A stretch of 64,000 nt of DNA, taken from the NCBI GenBank assembly GCA_033762295.1, contig JANRLW010000071.1, positions 8,378 through 72,377 on the forward strand, in the 5' to 3' direction. The notes beneath the pieces are model-generated. The model was not told where the DNA came from and did no database searches. It was given only the letters and a program-made list of their open reading frames with translations. Source of the DNA: Capsulimonadales bacterium. Its GTDB lineage: Bacteria > Armatimonadota > Armatimonadia > Armatimonadales > Armatimonadaceae. Position numbers and translations under genes: made by a program. Positions 27,123-36,948 of the stretch are shown here, one piece after another (positions within the stretch are counted from its first letter, which is position 1; each line of letters begins with the position of its first letter).

Positions 27123-27989
27123 TTAATTCTGGTGAATGACGCCCTTTTCCGCTTCGGCCGGTACCGGCCCGTTCGCACCCGCCTTCTCCGATGCCTGCTG
27201 CGCCTGCTGCGCCTTGGCGTCCGTGGCCGGCTGAGCAAATCGCAACGGCATGGCTCCCGCATAGGCAGGGAGGGTCAGACCGTTTTTCTTTTCCACCATA
27301 ATCATACTGGGATCCAGGATATTGTACTGCTCCGCGACGCCCCCCTTCATATTCAACGCGTTCAACAGGGTCACCGGATCGCCGATGGCCTGGATACGGA
27401 CCGGCGAACCGTTGGTCGTCACGTTATTCACCAATACGGACGGCCCGACACAGCGCACCGCCGTCGTCGACACGACCCGCTGGTCATTGACCGCCAGCGC
27501 CTCCGCTCCGGCCGCCCGCAGTTCGTTGATGACGGCCTGAATATCCTGATCGTGGATCAGGTAGGAGCGTACCAGTTCGATATAGGATTCCTGACTCATG
27601 TCGGCCGGTTTCGCCGGCGCTTTGGACGAATCCTTCAGGGTCACCACCACGCCCGGCCCGGTCACCGCCACCATTCCGGCCAGCAGATTCGCCTTCTGCA
27701 GGTCGGCCGAAAGCAGTTCGGCGTTGCCGTTGTCCTGCGCCGCCGCTTTCTGGTATTTGGTGAGACGGCTCTGAAGATCCGCGATCTTCTTCATCTGCTC
27801 GACATTGGTATCGCGCAGTTCGGCATAGGCCGCCGCCAGCTGGCTGATACGCATGTTCGGCAACTGGTCTCGCCGTATGCGATCCTGCGTTTTCAAGGAA
27901 AGGGCGAGCAAGGCCCCGAGAATAATGGAGAGAAACGTCACCTGGGTGACCCAGGGTCGATGTCGAACCGGAGACGTAAACACGCTCAT
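27123..27989 (-). CDS. DUF881 family protein (YlxW/YlxX-like)
   Basis: N-terminal TM and coiled coil, AG...VTGPGVVVTLKD, IHDQD...NELRAAGAEALAVNDQR, IQAIGD. Confidence 0.9.
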   Translation of the reverse strand: MSVFTSPVRHRPWVTQVTFLSIILGALLALSLKTQDRIRRDQLPNMRISQLAAAYAELRDTNVEQMKKIADLQSRLTKYQKAAAQDNGNAELLSADLQKANLLAGMVAVTGPGVVVTLKDSSKAPAKPADMSQESYIELVRSYLIHDQDIQAVINELRAAGAEALAVNDQRVVSTTAVRCVGPSVLVNNVTTNGSPVRIQAIGDPVTLLNALNMKGGVAEQYNILDPSMIMVEKKNGLTLPAYAGAMPLRFAQPATDAKAQQAQQASEKAGANGPVPAEAEKGVIHQN

Positions 27990-29128
27990 GGGTGCTCCCG
28001 GGTACGGTCGGTCGCCTCCGTACCGAGGCTGCGGGAAAGAGAACGGTCGGATGAGTGCGCCTTTGCCGACGCGGTGGCGATCGTGTCGCGGGGCATCACC
28101 GCCGGGGCTTCGCAGGCATAAAGATTGACGTAGGCAGCCCGGGAGAGGTCGTATCGCTCCATCACCAGTGCGAGAGCTTTCAGCTTTTTCGACAGGTCCA
28201 CTGCCGACCCGAGCCGGATTTCGGTGCCGCCGTCACTATTAAAGCACAGTTTCCCGGCCCGGTCAATTGTGATGTCTCTCAGGACGAAATCGGTGCGCCC
28301 CCTCGCCCAATCCAGGCATTCGCGGACCTCGGCCAGGCCGCGCGCCTCCAGTTTCCTTCCCGGCGTCACCACCGTTCCGGCCGTCCGCGCCGCCGTCTCT
28401 CCGGCGACGGTCTCCCCGGTCGCGGCCAGCACCACCCTCGGCAGTCCGGGTTCGGGCGCTTTCGCCTTTCGAAACGGCACCAGATGACTATCGATCGTCC
28501 ACCACTCCTCCCGATCGATACGGACACTGGCCCAGGGCTGCCGTTCCCTCACCCGGATTTCCACCTTTCGCGGCAATATCCGTCGCACTTCGACCGATTC
28601 GAAGGTCGGTTCCTGCGCCAGTGCGCCCTTCAGACGGTCGGTCGGGAAAAGGAAAAGGTTGGTTCCCATCCACCGTTGCGCCTTCCCGACGACGACGGCC
28701 GTCGGAATCGCCGCATTTCCGGCGACCGAGACCTCGTGTACGGCAAGCCGGGGCGAGAGGAACAGCGCGGCGACAATCTCCAGAGCCAGTCCGACCGAAA
28801 CGATCCCCAGCGCGATTCGCGCATAGTTCGGTCGCCGTCGATTGAGACGGACCCGCCGTCGTGATGTCGCCCGATCGCGATACCCCGTCGCCTTCCAACG
28901 CTGGGCGGACGGGTTCGGGCGATTCCGGTCCGCCGAGTCCGGACCGGGCGGCGGACCCGGTGGCGGCGGCAGGGGCATCCCCTGCTGCAAGTCACGATAG
29001 GCGCGTTGCTGTCGACTGACGGGCCGGGGACCGGCATCGATCGGCTCCTTGCGGACCTCGCGCGAGTTCGGCCGCAGGCGCGACGCCGGCGCCTCAGGGT
29101 TTCGTCGGGAAGGATCGTTTCGACGCAT
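27986..29128 (-). CDS. ftsQ: cell division protein FtsQ/DivIB
   Basis: Long basic N-tail, TM, POTRA (SP...V.GN...RR.LP...I.VRER.P). Start could be 29176. Confidence 0.85.
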   Translation of the reverse strand: MRRNDPSRRNPEAPASRLRPNSREVRKEPIDAGPRPVSRQQRAYRDLQQGMPLPPPPGPPPGPDSADRNRPNPSAQRWKATGYRDRATSRRRVRLNRRRPNYARIALGIVSVGLALEIVAALFLSPRLAVHEVSVAGNAAIPTAVVVGKAQRWMGTNLFLFPTDRLKGALAQEPTFESVEVRRILPRKVEIRVRERQPWASVRIDREEWWTIDSHLVPFRKAKAPEPGLPRVVLAATGETVAGETAARTAGTVVTPGRKLEARGLAEVRECLDWARGRTDFVLRDITIDRAGKLCFNSDGGTEIRLGSAVDLSKKLKALALVMERYDLSRAAYVNLYACEAPAVMPRDTIATASAKAHSSDRSLSRSLGTEATDRTREHP

Positions 29129-29159
29129 GGTCTTTTCCAGTTCGGAGATCGGGTTTTCG

Positions 29160-30185
29160 CTATTTTTCGACCGCATAGGCGATCAGTCGGTCCATCAGTT
29201 CGGGGAAGGGAATTCCGGCCGCCGCCGCCGCTTTCGGCAACAGGGAGGTCACCGTCATCCCCGGAATCGTGTTGATCTCCAGAGTGATGACCTCGCCGTA
29301 ATCCGTCACGAACATATCGGTACGGCTCATCCCCCGGCATCCCAGCAGACGATGACAGCGAACCGCGATCTCCTGCGCCTCGCGGGCGATCTCTTCGTCG
29401 ATACGGGCGGGCACGATCTCCCGCGCGGCCACGGCCTCGTCCTGAGAATACTTGGACTGATAATCAAAAAATCCGTCCGGAGGGACGATTTCCACGACCG
29501 GAAGCGCGAACGGCTCGCGATTGCCCAGAACCGCGACCGTGATTTCGGTCCCGAAGATTCGCTGTTCCACCAGAACGGTATCATCGTAACGGAACGCCTC
29601 CGTCAGCGCATCGGTCAGCGTTTCGGCGTCGGTCGCGACCGTGCAGCCGTAGGTGCTCCCCTGACGGGACGGCTTGACGACCACGGGGAACCCCAGATTT
29701 CGCGCCACCTCGTTCCCGGCTCTTCGCAGGCGCGGCGCATCGTCCCGGGTCAGCACCAGCCCGGGCGGCGTCACAATGTTTTCGGTTCCCAGAAAAATCT
29801 TGCAACGCATCTTATCCATCGCCAGCGCCGACGCCAGCACGCCGGAACCGGTATAGGGAATGCCGAGCGTCTCCAGAAAGCCCTGCACCGACCCGTCCTC
29901 GCCGCCCGGTCCGTGCAGCGCGATAAAGACGACATTAGGCCTTTCGGCGAGAGCGACCGTCGGCAGCGCCGTCAATGCGTTCACCGGTCGACCATCCACG
30001 GCGGTCAACTGCGCCACCGGACGGTTCATTTCCGCCGGAAGGAAGCGCTCCCCGGAGGCCGTGTCCAGCGCATACACCTCGTATCGGTCCGGGTCCAACG
30101 CGTTCAGCACCTGCAGTCCGGTCGCCAGCGAGACGTCACGCTCCGCCGATCTCCCGCCCATCAGAACCGCCACACGTCTTTTCAT
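29160..30185 (-). CDS. ddl: D-alanine--D-alanine ligase
   Basis: GGRSAERDVSL, LHGPGGEDG, FFDYQSKY, LEINTIPG. Confidence 0.97.
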   Translation of the reverse strand: MKRRVAVLMGGRSAERDVSLATGLQVLNALDPDRYEVYALDTASGERFLPAEMNRPVAQLTAVDGRPVNALTALPTVALAERPNVVFIALHGPGGEDGSVQGFLETLGIPYTGSGVLASALAMDKMRCKIFLGTENIVTPPGLVLTRDDAPRLRRAGNEVARNLGFPVVVKPSRQGSTYGCTVATDAETLTDALTEAFRYDDTVLVEQRIFGTEITVAVLGNREPFALPVVEIVPPDGFFDYQSKYSQDEAVAAREIVPARIDEEIAREAQEIAVRCHRLLGCRGMSRTDMFVTDYGEVITLEINTIPGMTVTSLLPKAAAAAGIPFPELMDRLIAYAVEK

Positions 30186-31648
30186 TGCGTGTCCCTCAAT
30201 CGGGCGAGCAGTTGTTCCCCCGCCTTTCGAATATCTCCGGCTCCCATCGTCAACACGATATCTCCGGGGCGAATCGTTTCCGTCAGGTATGCCGCGATGT
30301 CGTTCTTGTCCGGAATATGAAGCACGGTTCCGTCCGGCTGTCGTGCGCGGACCCGGGCAGCCAGTGTTTCCGACGAGACGCCGGGCAGAGGCCGTTCCCG
30401 TGCCAGATAGATATCCGTCAAGACGATCAGATCGGCTTTCAAGGCGTCGGCGAAATCCTCCATGAAATCCCGGGTGCGCGACGGCAGGTGCGGCTGAAAG
30501 ATCGCGATCAGGCGGCGATCCGGAAACGCGGACCGGGTGGCGGCCAGGGTGGCGCGGATTTCCGTCGGATGGTGGGCGTAATCGTCAATGATCCACGCGC
30601 CGTTCGCCTCGCCCAGTCGCTCGAAACGCCGCCCGGTCCCGGTAAACGAATCCAGTCCCGCCAGGATCGTTTCGTCCGGCAGTCCCAGCGTGAACCCGAC
30701 CGCCGCCGCGGCCAGCGCATTGAGAACATTGTGCTGTCCCGGGACTTTCAGCCGGACATGACCGACGAACACTCCGGGAACGAACTCCGTGTCCTCCCCC
30801 CGGTCCCGATGCAGATCGAACTCCGCCCCCGCCTCGGAAAATGTCATGTTTCGCGCCGAAACCGCTCCCCGCTCGCCGTACGTCAGGAGTCGGGCCTCAT
30901 CTCGTGTCGCGCCTTCCAGCGGATCACGCGCGGACCCCGCCTCCGGAAGAAACGATACGATCGCCGTCCCGCCCGGTTTGATCTGCTGCACGAAACGTCG
31001 AAACGAGGCGAACACGGCCTCCTCGGTACCATGATAATCGAGATGATCGGCCTCGATATTGGTGATGACGGCGATTTCCGGATGCAGATAAAGGAACCCG
31101 TCGTAAGCCTCGCAGGCCTCGGCGAGAACGATGTCGCCACCCGGACGGTCGGGGTCGCCGTTCCGGGCGTTTCCGCCGATGCGCGGCAAATCTCCTCCGA
31201 TCAGGATCGTCGGTTCCCAAGCCGCTTCCAGCAAAAGGGATGCCACCATTCCGGTCGTCGTCGTCTTGCCGTGGGTTCCGGCGATGGCGATTCCCCGCCC
31301 CGCATTGAAGATCGCGCCAAGCGCTTCCGGGCGTCGGAAAACGGGAATACCTCGCTCCCGCGCCGCCCGGATCTCCGGGTTGGTCTCGTCGACGGCATCG
31401 GTCGCCACGACCGCCGCCGCCTCTCCGACCTGCATCGGATCGTGCTGACGATAGACCGTCACACCGACCGATTCCAGTCGTGTCCGGGTGGCTTCCGTGA
31501 TCCCCGGATCGCTTCCGGCGATCTCGCGTCCGCGCTGCGCCAGAACCCGGGCAATCGCGCTCATTCCCGCGCCGCCGATTCCGACGAAGTAGAGAGGGCC
31601 GTCGGGCAAAGGGCGCGGCGTCGCCGGTACCGGTTCTTTTTTCAGCAT
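30182..31648 (-). CDS. murC: UDP-N-acetylmuramate--L-alanine ligase
   Basis: GIGGAGMS, GTHGKTTTT, DDYAHHPTE, FQPH. Confidence 0.97.
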   Translation of the reverse strand: MLKKEPVPATPRPLPDGPLYFVGIGGAGMSAIARVLAQRGREIAGSDPGITEATRTRLESVGVTVYRQHDPMQVGEAAAVVATDAVDETNPEIRAARERGIPVFRRPEALGAIFNAGRGIAIAGTHGKTTTTGMVASLLLEAAWEPTILIGGDLPRIGGNARNGDPDRPGGDIVLAEACEAYDGFLYLHPEIAVITNIEADHLDYHGTEEAVFASFRRFVQQIKPGGTAIVSFLPEAGSARDPLEGATRDEARLLTYGERGAVSARNMTFSEAGAEFDLHRDRGEDTEFVPGVFVGHVRLKVPGQHNVLNALAAAAVGFTLGLPDETILAGLDSFTGTGRRFERLGEANGAWIIDDYAHHPTEIRATLAATRSAFPDRRLIAIFQPHLPSRTRDFMEDFADALKADLIVLTDIYLARERPLPGVSSETLAARVRARQPDGTVLHIPDKNDIAAYLTETIRPGDIVLTMGAGDIRKAGEQLLARLRDTQ

Positions 31649-31652
31649 GGTT

Positions 31653-32951
31653 TTAGCCTGTTCCGTGTTCCGCCCGCATCGCTCGCAACCGCGATTTCGC
31701 CTCTTCGGCGCTGCCTCCTGCCTGATACTCCGGCAGCGTCTCCTCATACGCCAGTCGCTTCGCCGGCTTCTGTTCCCGGTAGAACGGTCGCTGCGAAATA
31801 TTCAGCAGGATGCCGATTCCGAACAGCGTCGGCACCAGCGACGACCCGCCGTACGAAATAAAGGGCAGCGGAATCCCGGTGGTCGGTATCGATGCCGTGA
31901 CCACCCCGATGTTGAGCAGGGCGGGAATCACGATCATCGAGGTGACGCCGGTCGCCAGCAGGGAACCGAAGGGGTCCTTGGCCCGCTGGGCGATATGATA
32001 CCCCCGGGCGGCCAGAAGCAGAAAACCGGACAGAACCCCCAGGGTTCCGACCAGGCCGAACTCCTCCCCGATGATGGCGAAGATAAAGTCGGTACGCTGC
32101 ATCGGGAGATTGCCCAGACGCTTTTCGCGCGATTCGCCGAATCCGAGACCGGTCAGTCCGCCGGAGCCAAGCGCGACCGTGGAATGATAGATCTGGAACC
32201 CTTCGTTGCGCGGATCGGCGGACGGGTTGGCGAAGGTCGTCAGACGTTTCCAGCGGTAGTTACTTTTCCCGCCGTGCGGCCAGACGATCATCAATCCGAC
32301 CACGGTCGCCAGCGCCAGCGTGCCGAGAATCCATCGCGCCCTCGCCCCGGCGACATACAGCACGACCAGCGTCGTCAGGAGCATGGTGATGGCGGTTCCC
32401 ATATCCGGCTCCCGCTCCACCAGGAAGACCGCCAGGAACGCGACCCCGGCCACCGGCAGCAATCCGCCCCAGAGGTCCCGCGCCGCCGACGGACGCGCCG
32501 CCAGCACCTTCGCCAGGTACAGCACCAGCGCCAGCTTGGATAGTTCCGATGGCTGCATCTTGAACGGACCCCAGCCGATCCACCGCTGAGCGCCCAGCGC
32601 GCCATGCCCGAAAAAGTGCACCAGGATCAACAGGACGAAGGCGAAGATGAGGCCCGGCACGGCGACCCGCTGCCACCGGTGAAAGGGCACCGCCATGGCG
32701 AAAAACAGGCCGCAGAGGCCGATCACGGCCGAGACGATCTGCCGCTTGACCCAGTACGCTCCGTCCTGATGCTTTTCAAAAGCATGCGGATAGGAGGCAT
32801 CGAACACCATGACGATCCCGAAACCGAGCAGAACGATCGTTACCAGAAACAGCCACCAGTCGGGCCGAAACGTCTTTTCCTCGCCCGACACCTTTCGGCC
32901 GGACACCCGCCCGTTCGCCGCCTTCCATTTTCCTGCCGTGACGACAGCCAT
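31653..32951 (-). CDS. ftsW: SEDS peptidoglycan glycosyltransferase FtsW
   Basis: GAQRWI, QPSELSK, EPDMGT, TDFIFAIIGEEFG, PLPFISYGGSS. Confidence 0.96.
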   Translation of the reverse strand: MAVVTAGKWKAANGRVSGRKVSGEEKTFRPDWWLFLVTIVLLGFGIVMVFDASYPHAFEKHQDGAYWVKRQIVSAVIGLCGLFFAMAVPFHRWQRVAVPGLIFAFVLLILVHFFGHGALGAQRWIGWGPFKMQPSELSKLALVLYLAKVLAARPSAARDLWGGLLPVAGVAFLAVFLVEREPDMGTAITMLLTTLVVLYVAGARARWILGTLALATVVGLMIVWPHGGKSNYRWKRLTTFANPSADPRNEGFQIYHSTVALGSGGLTGLGFGESREKRLGNLPMQRTDFIFAIIGEEFGLVGTLGVLSGFLLLAARGYHIAQRAKDPFGSLLATGVTSMIVIPALLNIGVVTASIPTTGIPLPFISYGGSSLVPTLFGIGILLNISQRPFYREQKPAKRLAYEETLPEYQAGGSAEEAKSRLRAMRAEHGTG

Positions 32952-32980
32952 TGAAACACCCCCTCACCGTTCTCCGTTTG

Positions 32981-34393
32981 TTACAATGCGCGGACCGCTT
33001 CGCGAAACACCTGTCCGCGCTCCTCAAACCCGCTGAACATATCGAAGCTGGCGCAGCCGGGGACGAGCATCACGGTATCGCCGTCCGCCGCCATTCCGGC
33101 CGCCTTCGCCGTCGCCTCGGCCAGCGTCGCCGCAAACGAATACTCCCCACCGCCCGCGTTTCGTATCGCCGCCGCGAACTCCTCCGCCGACCGACCGATC
33201 AGGATCGTATGGCGCGCACGTTCCGCCAGCGCCTGCCCGACCCCGCTCAGGTCGCCGCCTTTGTGAACGCCTCCGGAAATCGCGATCAGCGGGGTGGTCA
33301 ACGCCGCCACCGACGCGATCAATGCCGCCGGATTGGTACACATCGAGTTGTTGATATAGCGGACGCCGTTCACTTCGGCGACGAACTCCATCCGATGCGC
33401 CACCCCGCCGAACTCGCCCAGCGCCTTCGCGATGACCGGGATCGGATTGCCGATCGGCGTCGTTATCCCGACCGCCGCCATGATGTTGAGCAGGTTATGC
33501 CGCCCGGCGAGACGGATCGACTCGACCGGAGCTTCGATCCACCCCCCGCCGATGAGGGGGTTTTCGTACACCAGTCGGTGCGGTTCCAGCCGGTAAGTGC
33601 CGGTCCCGCGCGTACAGAAGCCGGTTCTTCCCTCCTCATCGACGCCGAAAATGGCGCGGACGCCCCGTCCGACGTCCCGCCCGTAGCGGAGAACGGCCTC
33701 ATCCTCGCCGTTCAAAACCGCGAAATCCTCCTCCGTCTGAGCACGGAAGATGTGGGACTTGGCGCGCGCGTATTCATCCATGTCCTTATAGCGGTCGAGG
33801 TGATCCGCGCTCAGGTTCAGCCAGGCGGCGACCCGGGGCCGGAACCGTTCGACCCACTCCAGCTGGAACGACGAAACCTCCGCGACGATGACCCCGTCCT
33901 CCGGCGCCTCCATGGCCGCTTCGATCAATGGCAGGCGTTTTCCGGCATCCTCGGCGATATTGCCCGCCACCCAGGTCTTGAGTCCGGATTCGCGGCAGAT
34001 CGCGCCGACCAGTGCGGTCGTGGTCGTTTTGCCGTTGGTGCCGGTGATGGCGAGGATGGGCGCGCGCGCGAGCCGATAGGCGACCTCGATCTCGCCCAGA
34101 ATCGGAACGCCCCGCCGCACCGCATCAGTCAGCACGGGGGAATAGGCAGGGACTCCCGGCGACGGAACGATCAGGTCCGTCGCTGTGTCCGTCGTTTCGG
34201 TGTTCGGTCGGAAGGCGACCCCGTCGAGCGAACGCACCTCGGCAACTCGCGCGGCCTCCAGTCTCTCCTCCGGTTTTCCGTCGTAGACCGTGACGTTCGC
34301 TCCCTGCTGACGAAGGACTTTCGCGGTCGCCAGGCCGGTCGCCGCCAGCCCGATCACCGCGACGTTTCTCCCGGCGAATTCGTCCGTCCTCAT
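32981..34393 (-). CDS. murD: UDP-MurNAc-L-Ala--D-glutamate ligase
   Basis: SPGVP, ITGTNGKTTTT, EVSSFQLE, HRME, CASFDMF. Confidence 0.96.
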   Translation of the reverse strand: MRTDEFAGRNVAVIGLAATGLATAKVLRQQGANVTVYDGKPEERLEAARVAEVRSLDGVAFRPNTETTDTATDLIVPSPGVPAYSPVLTDAVRRGVPILGEIEVAYRLARAPILAITGTNGKTTTTALVGAICRESGLKTWVAGNIAEDAGKRLPLIEAAMEAPEDGVIVAEVSSFQLEWVERFRPRVAAWLNLSADHLDRYKDMDEYARAKSHIFRAQTEEDFAVLNGEDEAVLRYGRDVGRGVRAIFGVDEEGRTGFCTRGTGTYRLEPHRLVYENPLIGGGWIEAPVESIRLAGRHNLLNIMAAVGITTPIGNPIPVIAKALGEFGGVAHRMEFVAEVNGVRYINNSMCTNPAALIASVAALTTPLIAISGGVHKGGDLSGVGQALAERARHTILIGRSAEEFAAAIRNAGGGEYSFAATLAEATAKAAGMAADGDTVMLVPGCASFDMFSGFEERGQVFREAVRAL

Positions 34394-35511
34394 CGTCCGC
34401 TCTCCCCGGCGCGAACCCGATGCTCGGCATCCCGACCGATCCCTTCCGGCAGTTCGTGCGGTGTCAGCAGGCCGCAGACCATCAGACCGATCGCCCCGGC
34501 AATCAGGCTGACGACCCAGAAACGGCCCACGACCTGCGTCTCGTGCCAGCCCAGTTCCTCGAAATGGTGGTGCAACGGCGCACGCCGGAAGACGCGGTTC
34601 GCCTTCGCGTAGTCGATCCCGAAACGGATGCGCCGGTACTTGAAGACGTACCGCTGAATCATCATCGAGAGGATTTCCACGATGTAGACGACACCGACGA
34701 TCAGGAAAAGCAGCTCCTGCTTCGCGGCCAGAACGGCGGACGCGATGCCCATTCCCAGGGCCAGCGAACCGGTGTCCCCCATGAATACCCGCGCCGGGTA
34801 GACGTTAAACCAGAGAAACCCCGCACAGGCCCCGGCGACGCTGCCGTAAAACAGACTCATCAGCGGAAATCCGCCCAGCCCCGGAAAAACCCAGCAGGCG
34901 ATCGCAAGCGTGGTCGTGACGATCAGGGTCGTTCCCGCCGCCAGTCCGTCCAGTCCGTCGGTGAAGTTGACCGCGTTCGCAAACCCCATGATGAAAAGGA
35001 CCGCGAGCGGGTAAAACCAGAGACCGATATCCCATCGGAGGTCGCCCACCTGAAAAACCGACACCGTCCCGGCCTGACCGATCAGGAAAAGCAGGGCGAC
35101 GAACGCCAGCGAGACGACCAGTTGCATCACGAGTTTGGCTCGTTCGGACAGTCCCGCTTTGTTCTCCTTCTTTCGCGCCTTGCCCAGATCATCGAGGAAT
35201 CCGATCACCCCCCCGCCGAGAAAGACGAAAAGGACGGCAAAGACATAAATCTTCTCCCGGGCGGAGATCAGCAAACCCGGCCGCCCCGTGAAGTAAAACG
35301 CGGTCTGCGCCAGTACCGAGACGGTGACCGCCGCCAGCAGCAGGACGCCCCCCATCGTCGGCGTTCCGTGCTTCAGACGATGCTTCTCCGGAGCGTCCGG
35401 CGAGATCGGCTGCACCGACTTTCGCGACCGAAGGAACGCGATCGTCGGCCCTCCCGCGACCAGAACGACGGCAAGCGCGACGAGAAACGAAATGGCGACC
35501 GGAAAGTACAT
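34390..35511 (-). CDS. mraY: phospho-N-acetylmuramoyl-pentapeptide transferase
   Basis: GTPTMGG, NAVNFTDGLDGL, FMGDTGS, APLHHHFE. Confidence 0.98.
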   Translation of the reverse strand: MYFPVAISFLVALAVVLVAGGPTIAFLRSRKSVQPISPDAPEKHRLKHGTPTMGGVLLLAAVTVSVLAQTAFYFTGRPGLLISAREKIYVFAVLFVFLGGGVIGFLDDLGKARKKENKAGLSERAKLVMQLVVSLAFVALLFLIGQAGTVSVFQVGDLRWDIGLWFYPLAVLFIMGFANAVNFTDGLDGLAAGTTLIVTTTLAIACWVFPGLGGFPLMSLFYGSVAGACAGFLWFNVYPARVFMGDTGSLALGMGIASAVLAAKQELLFLIVGVVYIVEILSMMIQRYVFKYRRIRFGIDYAKANRVFRRAPLHHHFEELGWHETQVVGRFWVVSLIAGAIGLMVCGLLTPHELPEGIGRDAEHRVRAGESGR

Positions 35512-36948
35512 TTACGGAGCCGCCTCTTCCGGCGGAGCGTTTCCCGTGAGCGACCGAACGATCCCCTCCAGGGCCAGCGCACGGCTGCCCTTGACCAGCA
35601 CGATATCGCCCGGCTGAATGATTTTCGGGACCAGTTCGACCGCTGTCTCGGTCGTTTCGAACGGATGGACTTTTTCCGGCGGGAATCCGGCGGCGATCGC
35701 CGCCGCCGTCAGTTTGGAGGTCAGTTCGCCGACGGTGATAAGAAAATCCGGCTTGATCCGGGCGGCCATTCGCCCGACCGACGCATGCGCCTCCGCGGCG
35801 TAGGGACCCAGTTCCCGCATCTCGCCCAGTACGGCGATCCGCTTCCCGCCCGGTCCGACCGGCATATCCCGGAGCGTCTCCAGAGCGCCGACCATGGAAT
35901 CCGGAGCCGCATTGTACGCATCGGACAGGATGGTCGCGCCGTTCGCCGCCCGGACGATCTCCAGACGCATCGACGCCGGCTTCCATTCGAGGAGCGTACG
36001 GGCGATGCTGTCAAGCGGAATCCCCAGGTGTCCGCCGACCGCCACCGCGAACAGAGCGTTGAGAATGTTGAACCGCCCCGGCGACGGCAGAAACATCTTC
36101 TGCGTCCCCCACGGCGAATAGACGGTGAACCGCCAGCCGTTTTCGTGGCGAGTCACCTTCGTCGCCTGCACTTCGGCGAACCCCTCGACCGCACAGGTCA
36201 GCGCGTCCTGCCCTTTGTACAGGGAACGCAGAAGACCCGCATAATCGTCTCCGGCCGGGTAGACCGCCAATCCGCCATCGGCGGGCAAGCAGGCGAACAG
36301 TTCTCCCTTGGCGCGCGCAATATTCTCTCGCGAGCCGAGCAGTTCGATATGCGAAAGACCGATGCCGGTAACCACCCCGATGGTCGGCGCGGCGATTTCC
36401 GCCAGACGCTGGATCTGTCCCGCGCCGCGCATTCCCATCTCCAGGATGGCGGCGGTATGGTGCTCCTCAAGCGCGAACAGAGTATGAGGGACGCCGATTT
36501 CGTTGTTGAAATTCTCCGCGCTTTTATGGACGGAATACTTCGCCGCCAGCACGGTCGCCATCATCTCCTTGACGGTGGTCTTGCCGACGCTGCCGGTCAC
36601 GCCGATCACCGGGCCGGAAAACCGGTCACGCACGTAGCGAGCGATATCGCCCAGGGCATGGGTGGTATCCGGGACGACGACATGGGGCAGGTGAGCCTCC
36701 TCCAGATGCAGGGCGCGGGCGACGACCAGTCCGGCGGCTCCGGCGTCGCGGGCCGCCGCCAGGTAATCATGGGCGTCGTGCCGGTCCCCCCGAAGCGCGA
36801 CGAACAGTGCGCCCGGTCGCAGGGTTCGGGTATCGGTCGATACCGACGTACAGACCTCCTCGCCGGAGGCCGGCCCGGTTTGCGGACCGTCCACCAGTCC
36901 GCCGCCCGTCACTTCGACAACCTCATCCAGAGTCAGATCGCGGATCAT
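35512..36948 (-). CDS. murF: UDP-MurNAc-tripeptide--D-Ala-D-Ala ligase
   Basis: TGSVGKTTVKE, NFNNEIGVP, DAYNA, GEMRELG, VKGSR. Confidence 0.97.
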   Translation of the reverse strand: MIRDLTLDEVVEVTGGGLVDGPQTGPASGEEVCTSVSTDTRTLRPGALFVALRGDRHDAHDYLAAARDAGAAGLVVARALHLEEAHLPHVVVPDTTHALGDIARYVRDRFSGPVIGVTGSVGKTTVKEMMATVLAAKYSVHKSAENFNNEIGVPHTLFALEEHHTAAILEMGMRGAGQIQRLAEIAAPTIGVVTGIGLSHIELLGSRENIARAKGELFACLPADGGLAVYPAGDDYAGLLRSLYKGQDALTCAVEGFAEVQATKVTRHENGWRFTVYSPWGTQKMFLPSPGRFNILNALFAVAVGGHLGIPLDSIARTLLEWKPASMRLEIVRAANGATILSDAYNAAPDSMVGALETLRDMPVGPGGKRIAVLGEMRELGPYAAEAHASVGRMAARIKPDFLITVGELTSKLTAAAIAAGFPPEKVHPFETTETAVELVPKIIQPGDIVLVKGSRALALEGIVRSLTGNAPPEEAAP